From NCBI GenBank assembly GCA_009859145.1, contig VRVR01000005.1:215448-279447 (forward strand): a stretch of 64,000 bases of DNA, given 5' to 3'. The DNA comes from Andalucia godoyi And28 (taxonomy: Eukaryota; Protista; Jakobida). This document shows positions 32,433 through 42,981 of the stretch, piece after piece. Every line of letters starts with the position of its first letter. The first letter of the stretch is position 1. The translations under genes were made by a program, and so were the position numbers. The notes beneath the pieces were generated by a model that had not been told where the DNA came from, did not search any database, and saw only the letters and a program-made list of their open reading frames with translations.

Positions 32433-33860
32433 TCACGACCGAAAAGGGGGCAGTTCTTTCACATTCAACACAAGGAGCCCCGCAGCATGGTACGATGATT
32501 GCCCAAAGACCGTCAACAGCTGGGCCTGTTCGTATGCATCTCGCGGTACGTCCACTGCATACGTTTCCGGAGACGGGCATCCTACGGCAACTGTGCCGAT
32601 CTGCCACGTCTTTCCATCGACAATGCTTCTGCATGGTACAGGCGAGGAAGAGAATGGGATGGCGGAACGAAGGACGGTGTGCCACCGCGATGATTCAGCA
32701 TCCAGTACAATTGCAACTGTGTCTAACGACGGGTCCAGAGAGGGCTCGCCTTTCTGCCACGTCCACACTGCAGATTCCAGCAACCCCTCAGACGCCTGAT
32801 CCATCTTGGGGTTCTTCACATTGCAATTTGTTGCACTGCGTAACAGTTCCGGAGTGATAAGACCCATATCGGTGGGGCCGTAATAGATCGGTTCAATGGC
32901 CATTGATTCACCGGATATGCACGACATTGTCGCAGCATACTGGGCACACAGCGACGCATTGAAATACTTTGCATCATTGTGCGGAAACGGAGTGTACTGT
33001 TGGAGAAACACATACTCTCCCCCGTACGTGGAATACGTCCCGTCTCCCCACAGAATGATTCTCTTGTTTGCCTTGATCATATCACGAACCGTCGGGAACT
33101 GACCCTTGACCGACGAAACATTTGCCACATCTGAAGGCTTCAAAATAGCATCGCGGAACAAGTCAACGATGGGATCCATAACCATGGCCGCATGTCCCCA
33201 GTCCCACTCATAGTCGGAGTTGATGACAAGTGCCATGACTTCATTTGCATTCTCTGGATCGAACAGCCACGTTGCGAGCTCGGCTATCCCGTCTTCCCAC
33301 GGTCGGTCCCACGGAGCACATCCAAGCTGTTGCGAGCTTACATTAAACTTCTTGTGAACGTGGTCCTCAACCCACGTGATGATCTTGTCGATGAACGCAA
33401 ACGACGTGCCGGCATGCGACAGCCGAACCTTCTCAAAACACCACTGTGCATCCAGCATGATGAGACGAATTCCAAAATTAAGCGAGTCCGTCATGGTGTA
33501 TTCCTGCTGCGCAATATTGATCCCATCGTCACCGATTCCAGCTTCCTTCAAGAACACTCGCAGTAAATTATCATCGAGTCCGTAATTATCTCCTCGATCG
33601 TTAAACGAGTTGTGCGTCCCAAGAAACGTCACCTTGTCCAATGGCAAATCAAGCTGCAACAACCTTTGCGTACCAAGCGCGTAGTTCAGCCACGGCTCAG
33701 GAACCAAAGTCCCCTTTTCGCAATGTCCGTAGACATTTCGTCGGCACTTTGCAAGCGGGAAAAACGCATACAATTCGTCCAAATCAGGTGTATGAAACTC
33801 AACTGTTGCTGTACATAGATGAATTCCAACAATCAACCACAAAAGCAATGCATACTTCAT
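32433..33860 (-). CDS. Secreted PI-PLC X-domain-like phosphodiesterase (Rv2075c-like) with C-terminal Cys/Trp lectin-like module
   Basis: Signal peptide MKYALLLWLIVGIHLCTA; LGTHNSFN, QQEYTMTDSLNFGIRLIMLDAQW, RLSHA; C-terminal WTWQKGEP...RW...CRS...W...CP...PRDAYEQ. Confidence 0.75.
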   Translation of the reverse strand: MKYALLLWLIVGIHLCTATVEFHTPDLDELYAFFPLAKCRRNVYGHCEKGTLVPEPWLNYALGTQRLLQLDLPLDKVTFLGTHNSFNDRGDNYGLDDNLLRVFLKEAGIGDDGINIAQQEYTMTDSLNFGIRLIMLDAQWCFEKVRLSHAGTSFAFIDKIITWVEDHVHKKFNVSSQQLGCAPWDRPWEDGIAELATWLFDPENANEVMALVINSDYEWDWGHAAMVMDPIVDLFRDAILKPSDVANVSSVKGQFPTVRDMIKANKRIILWGDGTYSTYGGEYVFLQQYTPFPHNDAKYFNASLCAQYAATMSCISGESMAIEPIYYGPTDMGLITPELLRSATNCNVKNPKMDQASEGLLESAVWTWQKGEPSLDPSLDTVAIVLDAESSRWHTVLRSAIPFSSSPVPCRSIVDGKTWQIGTVAVGCPSPETYAVDVPRDAYEQAQLLTVFGQSSYHAAGLLVLNVKELPPFRS

Positions 33861-34153
33861 TTTCTGTCTCGCTCGCTCGCTCAGAGAATCTCTTCCTCTT
33901 CGTCTTTCATACATCAAAAGCAAGAAGCAGAAGAAAGGAAAGCCAACCTCAAAGTTGAATACGTTTTCGGGAATTTCATTGCCCCGACTGTCGACATTTG
34001 TCGTTGCAGCAGCGGCCAATTCCACAAGCAAAAAATACCCGCCAGCGTTTTTTGGGTATCGTTTTGGCATTTCTTCTGAGCAAAGAATCTGCAGTTTTCG
34101 AGTGTTGATTTGGACGCGGGTGGTTTGGGGGAGGGTGATGGCCTTAGGGGGCG

Positions 34154-34972
34154 ATGATGACGCAAGTGTCGAGTGATGGGATTCCAGTGATGGAGAATGC
34201 TCTTGCAGTTTCAAGACGCGATGCAAATGAAGGAGGATCCAGAAATGGCGAGAGCAACGGAAATGGTGACGCACTGTCGGAGCTTGGAGTACGGTCGCAG
34301 CGGCTTTCCGATGCGTATGTGGTTCGACAACAGGTGTTTCAGCCTGCGTCGTTGCTGTCACGAGCGTTTCAAAAGGCGACTTCTTCCTTGATCGGGGTGG
34401 TTGTCGAGTATCTGTTTCCACGGGTACTTGAAAATTCCGGGGTGATTGGACAGCTGTTTTTTGTAAAGTCCACTTCGGTGCGCCTGCTGTGCGGGGTGCC
34501 GTGTGCAGATGGGCATCCGTGTGCGCTGCATGAAGGGCATTCTGGAAGCCACAAGTGTGTGTTTGGACATTGGAACCAGGACCCTGTTCCGCACTGTTCG
34601 TACACCTGTGATTGTCGGAACTGCGATGCCGCGTGCTCGCTGCATCCTGGCCATCGTGGACCGCATCATTGTCATTTTAACCACAACTGGAGTGACATTC
34701 CAGGGTCTACGGGGGAATTGCAAGCGTTTAGGACAGACAAGTCCATCGGAGACTATATTGACGAGCTTGCGTATGCCTCGCCGGATGAAATTCGCTATGC
34801 TTATGTGCCGCCCGTGCTAGACGACAAGGATGAGCGATGGACGGAATCCGATCAGAGCATCCGAGAGAAATCTCGTAGTTCGCGTGGTGAGCAACCCCTG
34901 GAAAAGATGTCCAATCTGGAAATCCTGAGAACCATTCTCGAGAGTACTCACGTCGGAGAGTCGGATCTGTGA
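34154..34972 (+). CDS. Hypothetical protein with two Cys/His-rich putative Zn-binding repeats
   Basis: CGVPCADGHPCALHEGHSGSHKCVFGH and CSYTCDCRNCDAACSLHPGHRGPHHCHFNH. Confidence 0.6.
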   Translation: MMTQVSSDGIPVMENALAVSRRDANEGGSRNGESNGNGDALSELGVRSQRLSDAYVVRQQVFQPASLLSRAFQKATSSLIGVVVEYLFPRVLENSGVIGQLFFVKSTSVRLLCGVPCADGHPCALHEGHSGSHKCVFGHWNQDPVPHCSYTCDCRNCDAACSLHPGHRGPHHCHFNHNWSDIPGSTGELQAFRTDKSIGDYIDELAYASPDEIRYAYVPPVLDDKDERWTESDQSIREKSRSSRGEQPLEKMSNLEILRTILESTHVGESDL

Positions 34973-35154
34973 AGCACACGTATCTCATCAACGACGCATT
35001 CCAGAAGAAAAAGAACAGTGAGAGCAGAGAGGAGCAAAGGATGTGTCTTTCCTTCTTTTGCATTTCGAATTTGAATTTTGTACAAATGATGGGACCACGC
35101 AAGAAACGCGCAGACTAGCACACCGACTGTCAATAATATAGTAGGAGGGCTGTG

Positions 35155-35212
35155 GGTTGTTTTGTTTCATTTGGTTGTTTTGTTTCATTTGGTTGTTTTG
35201 TTTCATTTGGTT
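35155..35212. repeat. 18-bp tandem repeat (GGTTGTTTTGTTTCATTT) x3
   Basis: Read directly; no spacers. Confidence 0.9.
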
Positions 35213-35421
35213 TTCGAAGACCGCGCTCGAGTGAAATACCGCAAAATGGAGGAAAACGCACGAAAAAAGAGGAGTTGTTCCCCCAAACAATGGAAGAAGA
35301 ACACAAAAGCATAAACAGGACGATGAACAAGCAGTGCGTTTCTCCACCAGTTCTCAAAAAAGGAAAGAAGACAATTGTGAAGCGGCAGCAAAGTGCGGAA
35401 CCGCATTCTTTTGCAGCGTTT

Positions 35422-37095
35422 CTACAGCCCATACGCTCTCCGAGGATTGTATCCAACAGGAGGCGGTGCAGCTGCAGCGCTTGTGTTTGTGGATGGCATG
35501 ATGGGCTGTGCGTTTCGAAGCGGAGCAGCGCCTCGTGGATTTCCAAGAAGCGGCATTGCACCTCGACCGCTTGGGGGACCACCACCGCCGCCTCCTTGGG
35601 GTAGAGACGAGAGACTTCCGCCGCCGCCAATAGGAGGAACTGGAGACGTGCTGTTCATCGCCACAAGACCGCCAGCGCCTCCTGTTGGACCTGTTCCTGG
35701 ACCATACCTGGCATTCCGAACGTATCTTCCTTCTGCACCAAGCTGTGTCGGAGATACACCGAGCGGTTGGACAGCTCTTGCGGGTTGTGACGGATTTGAC
35801 AACAGACTTGGGAACGTATTGGCACCAAGTGCGATGCCCCCACCTCCATGCGCCAAGTTCGGTCCGTTTGCAAAACTGTCCGTTGGGGACTCCATGTTTG
35901 CCCTTCTTCTTCCATGCCGCTCCTGGTCCAGGCCGATTAGTCCGTTTTGCGCATTCCCGATATTTGCATTACTGGAAATGACACCGTTTCCATTCAAGCT
36001 GTTGTTGTTGCTGCTGTTGTTAATGTTCTGGATCGGCACCGGACCCCCCGCTGCAGCCGCATGTGCGTACGTTCCTAAAGAAGAGAAAGATCCAGAAGAT
36101 TGGTGGCCTGGAGCAGGAGAGATTTGTTGTGGAGTTTGCTGGCCGTTGTTTGCGTTTCCAGCAGCAACTCCCATTCCCATCCCGATACCCATATTCAATG
36201 GGGCGCTTGGAGCACCGAGATCAACCCCCAGTGGCACTCCAATCTGGAAATACGGATGCTGCAAACACTGCATTGCCGTTGGTCTCTTCTGTGGATCGTA
36301 TCGAAGCATCTCGGTCATAAGTTCCAACGCTTCCTGAGAGGCATGTGGGATGAGAGACGAAAGCGGGGTTGCAACAAAGTTGGGAAACTTGAAATTCATC
36401 TGCGAGGCAAGCCTCAATCCTTCCGGCCACGATTGTTGCGATGGAGTTCCAAGAACCGAACAGATCTTGAATATCTGATCGGGCTCCGACGACCCGGGAA
36501 ACAACGGGCGCATCATGTACATTTCCGCCATGATCGCGCCAACCGCCCACACATCGATCGGTGAATTGTAATTTTTCGAGCGGAGCAGCACTTCTGGTGC
36601 GCGGTACCACCTTGTGGAAACATACTCGGTGTACGGCGGTCTGGATCGAATTTCCCGAGCAAGACCAAAGTCGGCAAGCTTTAGTGTGTCCTTCGTAATC
36701 AGTAGATTTTCAGGCTTCATATCGCGGTGGAAGAACCCATGTTTGTGCATGTACGCAAGACCTTGGAGGCATTGGTACATGAAGTTTCGGATCTTTTGCT
36801 CCGGAAACGCCTTGTCTCGTTCTTTGCAAGCCTGATAAAGGTTTGAGTCCATAAACTCGAAAACGAAATACAACTCGTCGTTTTCACGAATGACCTCTTT
36901 AAGCTTGACTACATTCACGTGGTTCAGCTTGCGAAGCGACTTCACTTCTCGCAAATTCATGCATTCGTCCCAAGAATAAAACTTGCGTTTCATCTTCTTG
37001 ATCGCCACAACTTCTCCGCTTTGCTTGTTCACAGCCTTGATCACTGAACCATACGTTCCATCTCCAAGTTGCCGAATTGGCTTATAGCGCTGCAT
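35422..37095 (-). CDS. MAK/ICK (RCK family) Ser/Thr kinase
   Basis: [53 protein letters not shown] (TEY loop); low-complexity tail. Confidence 0.93.
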   Translation of the reverse strand: MQRYKPIRQLGDGTYGSVIKAVNKQSGEVVAIKKMKRKFYSWDECMNLREVKSLRKLNHVNVVKLKEVIRENDELYFVFEFMDSNLYQACKERDKAFPEQKIRNFMYQCLQGLAYMHKHGFFHRDMKPENLLITKDTLKLADFGLAREIRSRPPYTEYVSTRWYRAPEVLLRSKNYNSPIDVWAVGAIMAEMYMMRPLFPGSSEPDQIFKICSVLGTPSQQSWPEGLRLASQMNFKFPNFVATPLSSLIPHASQEALELMTEMLRYDPQKRPTAMQCLQHPYFQIGVPLGVDLGAPSAPLNMGIGMGMGVAAGNANNGQQTPQQISPAPGHQSSGSFSSLGTYAHAAAAGGPVPIQNINNSSNNNSLNGNGVISSNANIGNAQNGLIGLDQERHGRRRANMESPTDSFANGPNLAHGGGGIALGANTFPSLLSNPSQPARAVQPLGVSPTQLGAEGRYVRNARYGPGTGPTGGAGGLVAMNSTSPVPPIGGGGSLSSLPQGGGGGGPPSGRGAMPLLGNPRGAAPLRNAQPIMPSTNTSAAAAPPPVGYNPRRAYGL

Positions 37096-37188
37096 ACCTT
37101 ACACGAAGACAAACGCCAGTTGAAAAATGGAAGGGGCAAAAAATTCTCTCTGTCTCTCGATCGGTCTCTCTCTCTCTCTCTCTCTCTC

Positions 37189-37226
<38 letters not shown>

Positions 37227-37768
37227 GAAATAATGAATGGATTTGAAATCAGTCCGAAAATTGCATCCGATAAAAAGCAGTGCTGATTCAAGAATCTGAA
37301 TTTCCAGGTGGAAATATCGTGCAATTGAAAACAGCGAGTAGGACTGATCACACAACTGGCAAGAATCAAGGAGAGGAACAGAGTAACGGAATCGGAATTT
37401 AGAAAAGGAAGAAGAAGGGGGAGAAAGGAAACAGGAGAAAAAGGGGGGGGGGAAACAAGATTAGAAGAGAAGATCATTGAGAAAAGAAGAAAAAGCGTGC
37501 TCAATGCTCAGTGGTCAGTCTTTTTGGATTCCCTGATCAGAATAGGAAACGACAAGGGAAGGATCTCGTATTAGAAGAATGCAACCGTTGACAACTATTG
37601 AACTGTTCTGTCTTCCCCTCCCCCCGTCTGGTTACAACTACAGTAAAATAAAAACGACTCTTCGACGATTTTTTATTTTTGCGTTTTAATTGTTTTCTAA
37701 TTTTTCGCTTTTGATTTGGGGTGTACATCGTCGTCGTCCACAATTTGGTTGTGTTGCTGAAAAAGCCG

Positions 37769-38190
37769 CAGCGTATCCGTACTTATTTTTACCAACGACC
37801 CTACACTAGCGCCCAACTTTCGCGAGCTGCATGCGCGACCTATGATGCCATATATTGATCCCGAAGTTTGAGGCGTCCGGCGTGATGTGTCATGACCGAC
37901 GTCGCATTCGATGCAAGACTGCACGCCGGATGCTGACGTGGGGCACTTTCCATTCCGCCCAGCGACTGCCGCACAAAGGGCAAGGAAGTATGGAACCGCC
38001 AAGGAGATCCGATGTCCAGCTTGTCCCAGCGGTGATTGGATCGCAATTGGAATGGTGCGCATGCACGTGTGCGCAACGACAAATTTCTGCAGTCGATACA
38101 CCAACACGAGCAGCTGGAGACCGTAATCGCTGATGGAGTGGCGGGGCAACGAAATCTTTTGCGCAGGATGCAGCTTTGCCAGAAAACGCC
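37769..38190 (+). mobile_element. Fanzor2/IS607-TnpB-like internally deleted relic (copy A)
   Basis: CATYDAI-(frameshift)-LIPKFEASGVMCHDRRRIRCKTARRMLTWG..HSAQRLPHK, then KYGTAKEIRCPACP, then LDRNWNGAH. This matches the Fanzor2 order YDxILxPxFE...KTARxMLTWxH...CPxC...DRDxNGA. Confidence 0.8.
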
Positions 38191-38496
38191 ATATTCAGAT
38201 GAATGGACATAACAAAAAGAAAAAAAAATTGGTTAATAAAATAAGAAAAATTACAAATTGAATAAGAGCCCCCTTGACCTGTACCTTCCCGAACGTGAAA
38301 TTTTCGGAAACGGATTTAACGAGGGGATGCAAAGTGACCGGACGGTACGATTCTTGCGAAAGTCCGACGACCATTAGCAGTGCTTCGAGAGCATGTAGGG
38401 TTCGTGGGGGTAGCACCACTCAACTTTTCGAACGTAAAAAAAAAACGGGGGGGGGGGGGGGTCGGGCCAGAGCAAAAAAGGAAGAGCGAGAATAGA

Positions 38497-41400
38497 TCAT
38501 GATGCGGGTTTCGGTTCTCGAGGCTCGCGTGCAAGAGATAACTCATACAAGGCATTATCCGTTGGTCCGTCTGCATCTGCGAGCAGAGCGGACAGATCAT
38601 TCATCATGATGCACTTGTATGGCGTCTGTTGGTACGTCTGGATCTCACGTATCACCTGCGCAATCAAGCGGCATTTTGAAAAGTTGACCATGTTTTCACG
38701 AACCATGTTCTTGTTCCCTTCATCAATGAACGTCAGATCCGTCAGGTACATTCCAAGATACGGAACACATGGTGGGTTCGCATTGTGCAACGCATCTCGA
38801 AGAGACTTGTAAGACGATTCACGAGAAACCAGCTGTTCCAGCTTCATAAACAACGAGCTGGATTTCGAAGGCAACTCCTCGCGAGTGCGCTTCAACCGAT
38901 GAACGGCTGCATTGTTGAGTGCTGCAACGACAACCAGAACGGCATTGAAATTATTCAGCTTCCGACATTCTTCTGCGACAGACAAGACTTTGGAATATGC
39001 AGTGCGCCGATCCCTGATGTCTTCGTGCCGAAGAATCGAAAATGCAATCCAGCGACAGGTGCGATTGAAGCGATCCGTCACGCGAAGAATACACGGCGCA
39101 ATTTCATCGCGATTCGACTTCATCCAAGCCTGTCCGAGAAACTCTTTCGGTGGGATCGAGCAAAACGCGGCAAAGTCCAGCAATGTGAGTTGCTTTGCAA
39201 TGTCTGACGCCGGCCAATCCATAATGTCCATGGTTCGCGCAGGAAGGGGAGGGAAACCATCCGCAAGCAAAGAAGAGCCCATGTTCGTAGTTAGCTCGTC
39301 AATCGCAGAGATCGTTGCATCCGCCACCGCGATAGCTTCTGCCTGTGCGTTCCCATCAACACTTGACCGAACGACTTGATGATCCTTGAAGACGGATAAG
39401 TGACCGTGTTCCGCCAAAAACTTTCTTTCCTTCACGTCCTCCATTGCTTTTTCGACAGAGCGTCGAAGAGACTCTCCTGCCGCTTTCATGTCCACACCGA
39501 TCACCATGTTAGAAAAAGACCAGATCGACGGTAGCAGTTGTGCATTGTCCACAAAGTCAAAGATGTAGTCTTCGACCCACGTTTTGAGAACTTGGCAAAC
39601 CCGCAGACGGATGGGCAACAATCGATGCTTGCGGAAACGTCCAAACAAAATACGGTCATTGGAAACCGCACGGCTACCAAGTCCTGCACGTGGAATTGAC
39701 TGAAACCTGCGTACAAGCAGTTCAAATAGTTGTTTTGGAGACATGAAACTGCGATATGTCAAGAGAAAAGCAAACAAGGAGTCCGAGTCAAAATCCATAT
39801 GGGCTGTAAGGCGTCGTAGAATACCCTCTACTGTCCCCGCTTTGATGAGATGTCGATTCGTTTTGACATCAAAGGCCACGTCGACATCTGGATTCGATCG
39901 ATCCTCCAACGGCAGAGCAGCAAACGGAGACCATTCCGGATCATAGTATTTTCCATAGTCTTCTTCTACTTCCTCTGCTGCGCTTGCAGAGGGCGCAAAT
40001 ACCACCGCATCCAGATCCAATTCCTTCACACAAGACTTTTGCAGAAGAGCCTCGAAAATTTCTCGAGCAATGCCAACTTTCTCGCAAAAGAGCATATCCA
40101 AATACACAGGAGAAGAAATTTCCCTAGACGCTGTCGCGAGATACGATTTTGAAACTTTTGAGAATTCGACAATCGCTTCAAGAACTGGCTGGGCAGGCGC
40201 AAGCCAGTTCATCTCTGGAGCACCAAAACAACCACCAGTCAATGGCGTGAGGCAGACTCGCTCAAATTCCAAGCGAGCGCATTCCTCCAAGCAAGCCTTG
40301 ACAGCACACTTGACGCTGATCTTGCACGAAGCGTCGCCAGTCCACGAAGGAGGGCCTATTGCAAACAAAACACTGCGAAACGGAATGTCCAATCCGGCAG
40401 CCATCCGTATCGTCACACAGCCGCCCACAGCTGCGGGTCCATTTTGTACAACGTAACTATGACAGAGGTCTTTGACAAAAGGGAACCGGTCGGCAAACTT
40501 CCTCGAAGGCTCAAACGTGCATGCCAAAGAAGGAATGTTGGGAACGATAATTGCGTCAACCGGTTCTTTGCAGACGTCTCCGTCCAACATCATCAGGCGA
40601 TGCAAATTCGCATACTCGAAACACCGAAGCAATCTATTTCGCAAAGGACCACGAACATTCTCGACCGCTGCGTTTGAGGACGCTGCGTTCATTGATTCGA
40701 TTGCTGAGTCTTCCCGGACGAGCATGGGCCGGTCCGACGGTGCCCGTTTTGGCTCCGCATCTCTCGGTGATGACGGCAATACACTCCCTGCACTGTTCAA
40801 GTTGACCAGTGCGTTGCTACCGACCGTCGGGAGAGAGGTCTGTGCTCTATTCCGTGACAGTGGGCCTTGTTGGCCTCCATGAACACCAACGCTGTCCCTG
40901 TTTCCAGAAATCGTCCTCTGCACTACTGGGGGACGGCTGGTCGAAGAAGCAGACGAATCCTTTTCCGAAAATAAAGCTCTCATCTGCGCAACAGTATGTC
41001 TTGGCGCCGCAACATGTGTGTCCATTGTGTGTTGCTGCTCTGCCAGAGCCATTACTTGCATGATTTCAGGGCTGATGACCGTCGACGGCGCATCCGCTGC
41101 TACCGGAACTGCACTGGCAGCTACAACTGTCGAAGAGGAAGACGCAGAGGACGACGACGAGTGAGACGGAGATGACACTGACGGTATCCACAACGCATTC
41201 TCTTCCTGAATACTTCCCGTTGGAGAAACAGACAAGAGCTGGTCATCCTCAATAATATTGAAAACCGTAAGATTCGCAGGCGTGAACAACTTTGCAATAT
41301 CTACTGGCTCCGTCTGGCATTGCAGGGCAGGAGCACTGCGGGATTGGGAATCCGCCGAATTTTTCCGAGTTGTCGGCGCGCTATTTGAAGGTGACGAAGA

Positions 41401-41670
41401 TGGGTTCCGCTTCGGTGCATCCGCGGCTTGAGAAGAGACACCAGTAGACGCTCCAGGTGCCGGCTGCACAGCAGTGCTGGTCTGTGAGATCTTTGCATTT
41501 TCGGCACCTGCGTGTGACTGCGCAGAACGTACGAAAGAAACCGATTTAGGTTGGAGTACAACCGTAGATTGGATGACTGAAGAGGACAACTCGGCGTTTC
41601 GAGCGGCTTGAAGAGCAAGCTGAAACCGAAGCTTGGAGCGGTTCGGATCGCTCCAGTCCGGATCCTCCAT
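38497..41670 (-). CDS. Macro domain + REM + CDC25-type RasGEF
   Basis: Macro: LDGDVCKEPVDAIIVP...VLFAIGP...CLTPLTGGCFG. REM: IKAGTVEGILRRL, FLLTYRSF, RLRVCQVLKTWV. GEF: IAKQLTLLDF, NNFN, PPCVPYLGMYLTDLTFIDEGN, VNFSK. Confidence 0.88.
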   Translation of the reverse strand: MEDPDWSDPNRSKLRFQLALQAARNAELSSSVIQSTVVLQPKSVSFVRSAQSHAGAENAKISQTSTAVQPAPGASTGVSSQAADAPKRNPSSSPSNSAPTTRKNSADSQSRSAPALQCQTEPVDIAKLFTPANLTVFNIIEDDQLLSVSPTGSIQEENALWIPSVSSPSHSSSSSASSSSTVVAASAVPVAADAPSTVISPEIMQVMALAEQQHTMDTHVAAPRHTVAQMRALFSEKDSSASSTSRPPVVQRTISGNRDSVGVHGGQQGPLSRNRAQTSLPTVGSNALVNLNSAGSVLPSSPRDAEPKRAPSDRPMLVREDSAIESMNAASSNAAVENVRGPLRNRLLRCFEYANLHRLMMLDGDVCKEPVDAIIVPNIPSLACTFEPSRKFADRFPFVKDLCHSYVVQNGPAAVGGCVTIRMAAGLDIPFRSVLFAIGPPSWTGDASCKISVKCAVKACLEECARLEFERVCLTPLTGGCFGAPEMNWLAPAQPVLEAIVEFSKVSKSYLATASREISSPVYLDMLFCEKVGIAREIFEALLQKSCVKELDLDAVVFAPSASAAEEVEEDYGKYYDPEWSPFAALPLEDRSNPDVDVAFDVKTNRHLIKAGTVEGILRRLTAHMDFDSDSLFAFLLTYRSFMSPKQLFELLVRRFQSIPRAGLGSRAVSNDRILFGRFRKHRLLPIRLRVCQVLKTWVEDYIFDFVDNAQLLPSIWSFSNMVIGVDMKAAGESLRRSVEKAMEDVKERKFLAEHGHLSVFKDHQVVRSSVDGNAQAEAIAVADATISAIDELTTNMGSSLLADGFPPLPARTMDIMDWPASDIAKQLTLLDFAAFCSIPPKEFLGQAWMKSNRDEIAPCILRVTDRFNRTCRWIAFSILRHEDIRDRRTAYSKVLSVAEECRKLNNFNAVLVVVAALNNAAVHRLKRTREELPSKSSSLFMKLEQLVSRESSYKSLRDALHNANPPCVPYLGMYLTDLTFIDEGNKNMVRENMVNFSKCRLIAQVIREIQTYQQTPYKCIMMNDLSALLADADGPTDNALYELSLAREPREPKPAS

Positions 41671-42166
41671 GTAACGCCACCAACACCACCAATCCGCAAC
41701 AATTTAAGCAATCCAACAATTGAAGGATAACAGTGAATACTCAACAACAACAACAACAACAATAACAACAATAACAACAATAACAACAAATTAAATTAAT
41801 AGATTATAATTATAATATATATATAATACATAAACAGAAATAAATCACAAAATTAAATGTAAAATAAAGAGAGAGATCGCGAAACGTGTGCGTCAAATAT
41901 GCGTCCTCTCTCATTCGGAGAAAATTTTCTGGGGAGTTTGTTCCAATCCCTCTGTACGACGGGCGCAAGCCTCATGTGAACTGAAAAGTCGGAGAGAATC
42001 GGACTATGGGTTTCTGAGACTCTGCATTCTGAAGGGTTTTTTGGAATCGTGAATGAACTTGCTTTCTCTCTGTGACAGTGACTCTCACTCCCCGTGTGTT
42101 GTTGTGTTCTTAATACGTATGTTCAGATTACGTGTTTAAATTGTGGCGCAGGAAATAGAAGAAGGG

Positions 42167-42739
42167 ATGCGGTCGGAAGTGGTTCGAGATAACCGTCAGT
42201 ATCGGTTTGAAGTGATTCATCTGAATGAGAATGCAACAGAGTATCTATTGACCTCGAAGCAGCCCTTTGTTAACACGCTTTGCTCTCTCTTGGCAATGAT
42301 TCCTCTGTCGATTATCATGTATCAGATTCTGGCACACTCGACCATTCAGCTCTCGTGGATGTTTTCCTTGAGTCTGCTTCCTTTTGTACTGAAATGCATC
42401 TTCCGCATGTTTGAGATCCGCGCAGAATCGGTGACGGCCATCAGCGACGTAGGAGTCCAGTTGACGCGATATTCCTATGGGAGCGGCACACGAAGGACAT
42501 TCCGCGACCGGGATTCGATCCACACAATCATCATCAATGAAGGGTTCAGATTGAACAAGGTCATCTATTATCTCGGATTTCTGCAACGCGATTCAAAGTC
42601 ACTGCTGTTGCCTTTTGAACACATCTTTCCTCGACTCGAGGATATTTACGTGATTTACAAGGGAGTCTACGGAACACTCCATGGGTTCACAGCCGAAGAC
42701 ACTTCCGAGTCCATGCGGTCCCCTTCCTTTGTTCAGTAG
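42167..42739 (+). CDS. PIGH: GPI-GlcNAc transferase subunit H (PIG-H/Gpi15)
   Basis: Two TM helices, then ESVTAISDVGVQL, IIINEGF...VIYYL, LLLPFEHIFPRL. Confidence 0.85.
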   Translation: MRSEVVRDNRQYRFEVIHLNENATEYLLTSKQPFVNTLCSLLAMIPLSIIMYQILAHSTIQLSWMFSLSLLPFVLKCIFRMFEIRAESVTAISDVGVQLTRYSYGSGTRRTFRDRDSIHTIIINEGFRLNKVIYYLGFLQRDSKSLLLPFEHIFPRLEDIYVIYKGVYGTLHGFTAEDTSESMRSPSFVQ

Positions 42740-42981
42740 TCGCGTCTCTCGCCAACACCGGTCTTTTCCCTGTACATTCACGCCTCTTCGGTGCTGTCCT
42801 ACTTTCTCATTCGCTTACATGAAACAACAAGCCACAAGTTTACTAGAATACAATTAGGGAAGGCAGCATGACCCTGGCAAAACAAACCATTAAAGAAACA
42901 AAGAAAAACAAAAAACAAAAAACACAAAACAAAAGTCATTGCAATACAATTCGAGGGAAAAGGGCAAGTATCGGGAAACAT

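Noticed and set aside
33861-34421. Extended N-terminus of the 662-aa PI-PLC ORF
   Set aside because: A clear signal peptide starts at the ATG at 33860; the upstream open frame crosses an AT-rich spacer and lies antisense to the 34154 gene.
35155-35212. Short direct repeats (also 15409-15448 and 43836-43925) as a CRISPR-like array
   Set aside because: Head-to-tail repeats without unique spacers and no cas genes; eukaryotic context.
35393-36337. 314-aa plus-strand ORF and similar long antisense ORFs
   Set aside because: Shadow frames of GC-rich genes on the opposite strand.
1448-41670. Ras-cAMP pathway cluster (cyclase, LRR-PP2C, RasGEF), echoing fungal Cyr1 domains
   Set aside because: The genes are 12-20 kb apart among unrelated housekeeping genes; nothing in the sequence shows co-regulation.
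28975-41670. Writer/reader pairing of the pseudo-PARP and the macro-RasGEF
   Set aside because: The PARP fold looks inactive and two unrelated genes intervene; kept as separate findings.
41983-41994. GAAAAGTCGGAG resembling RNase P/MRP CR-I, near a GCAA hairpin
   Set aside because: No matching P4 partner or CR-V motif found downstream.
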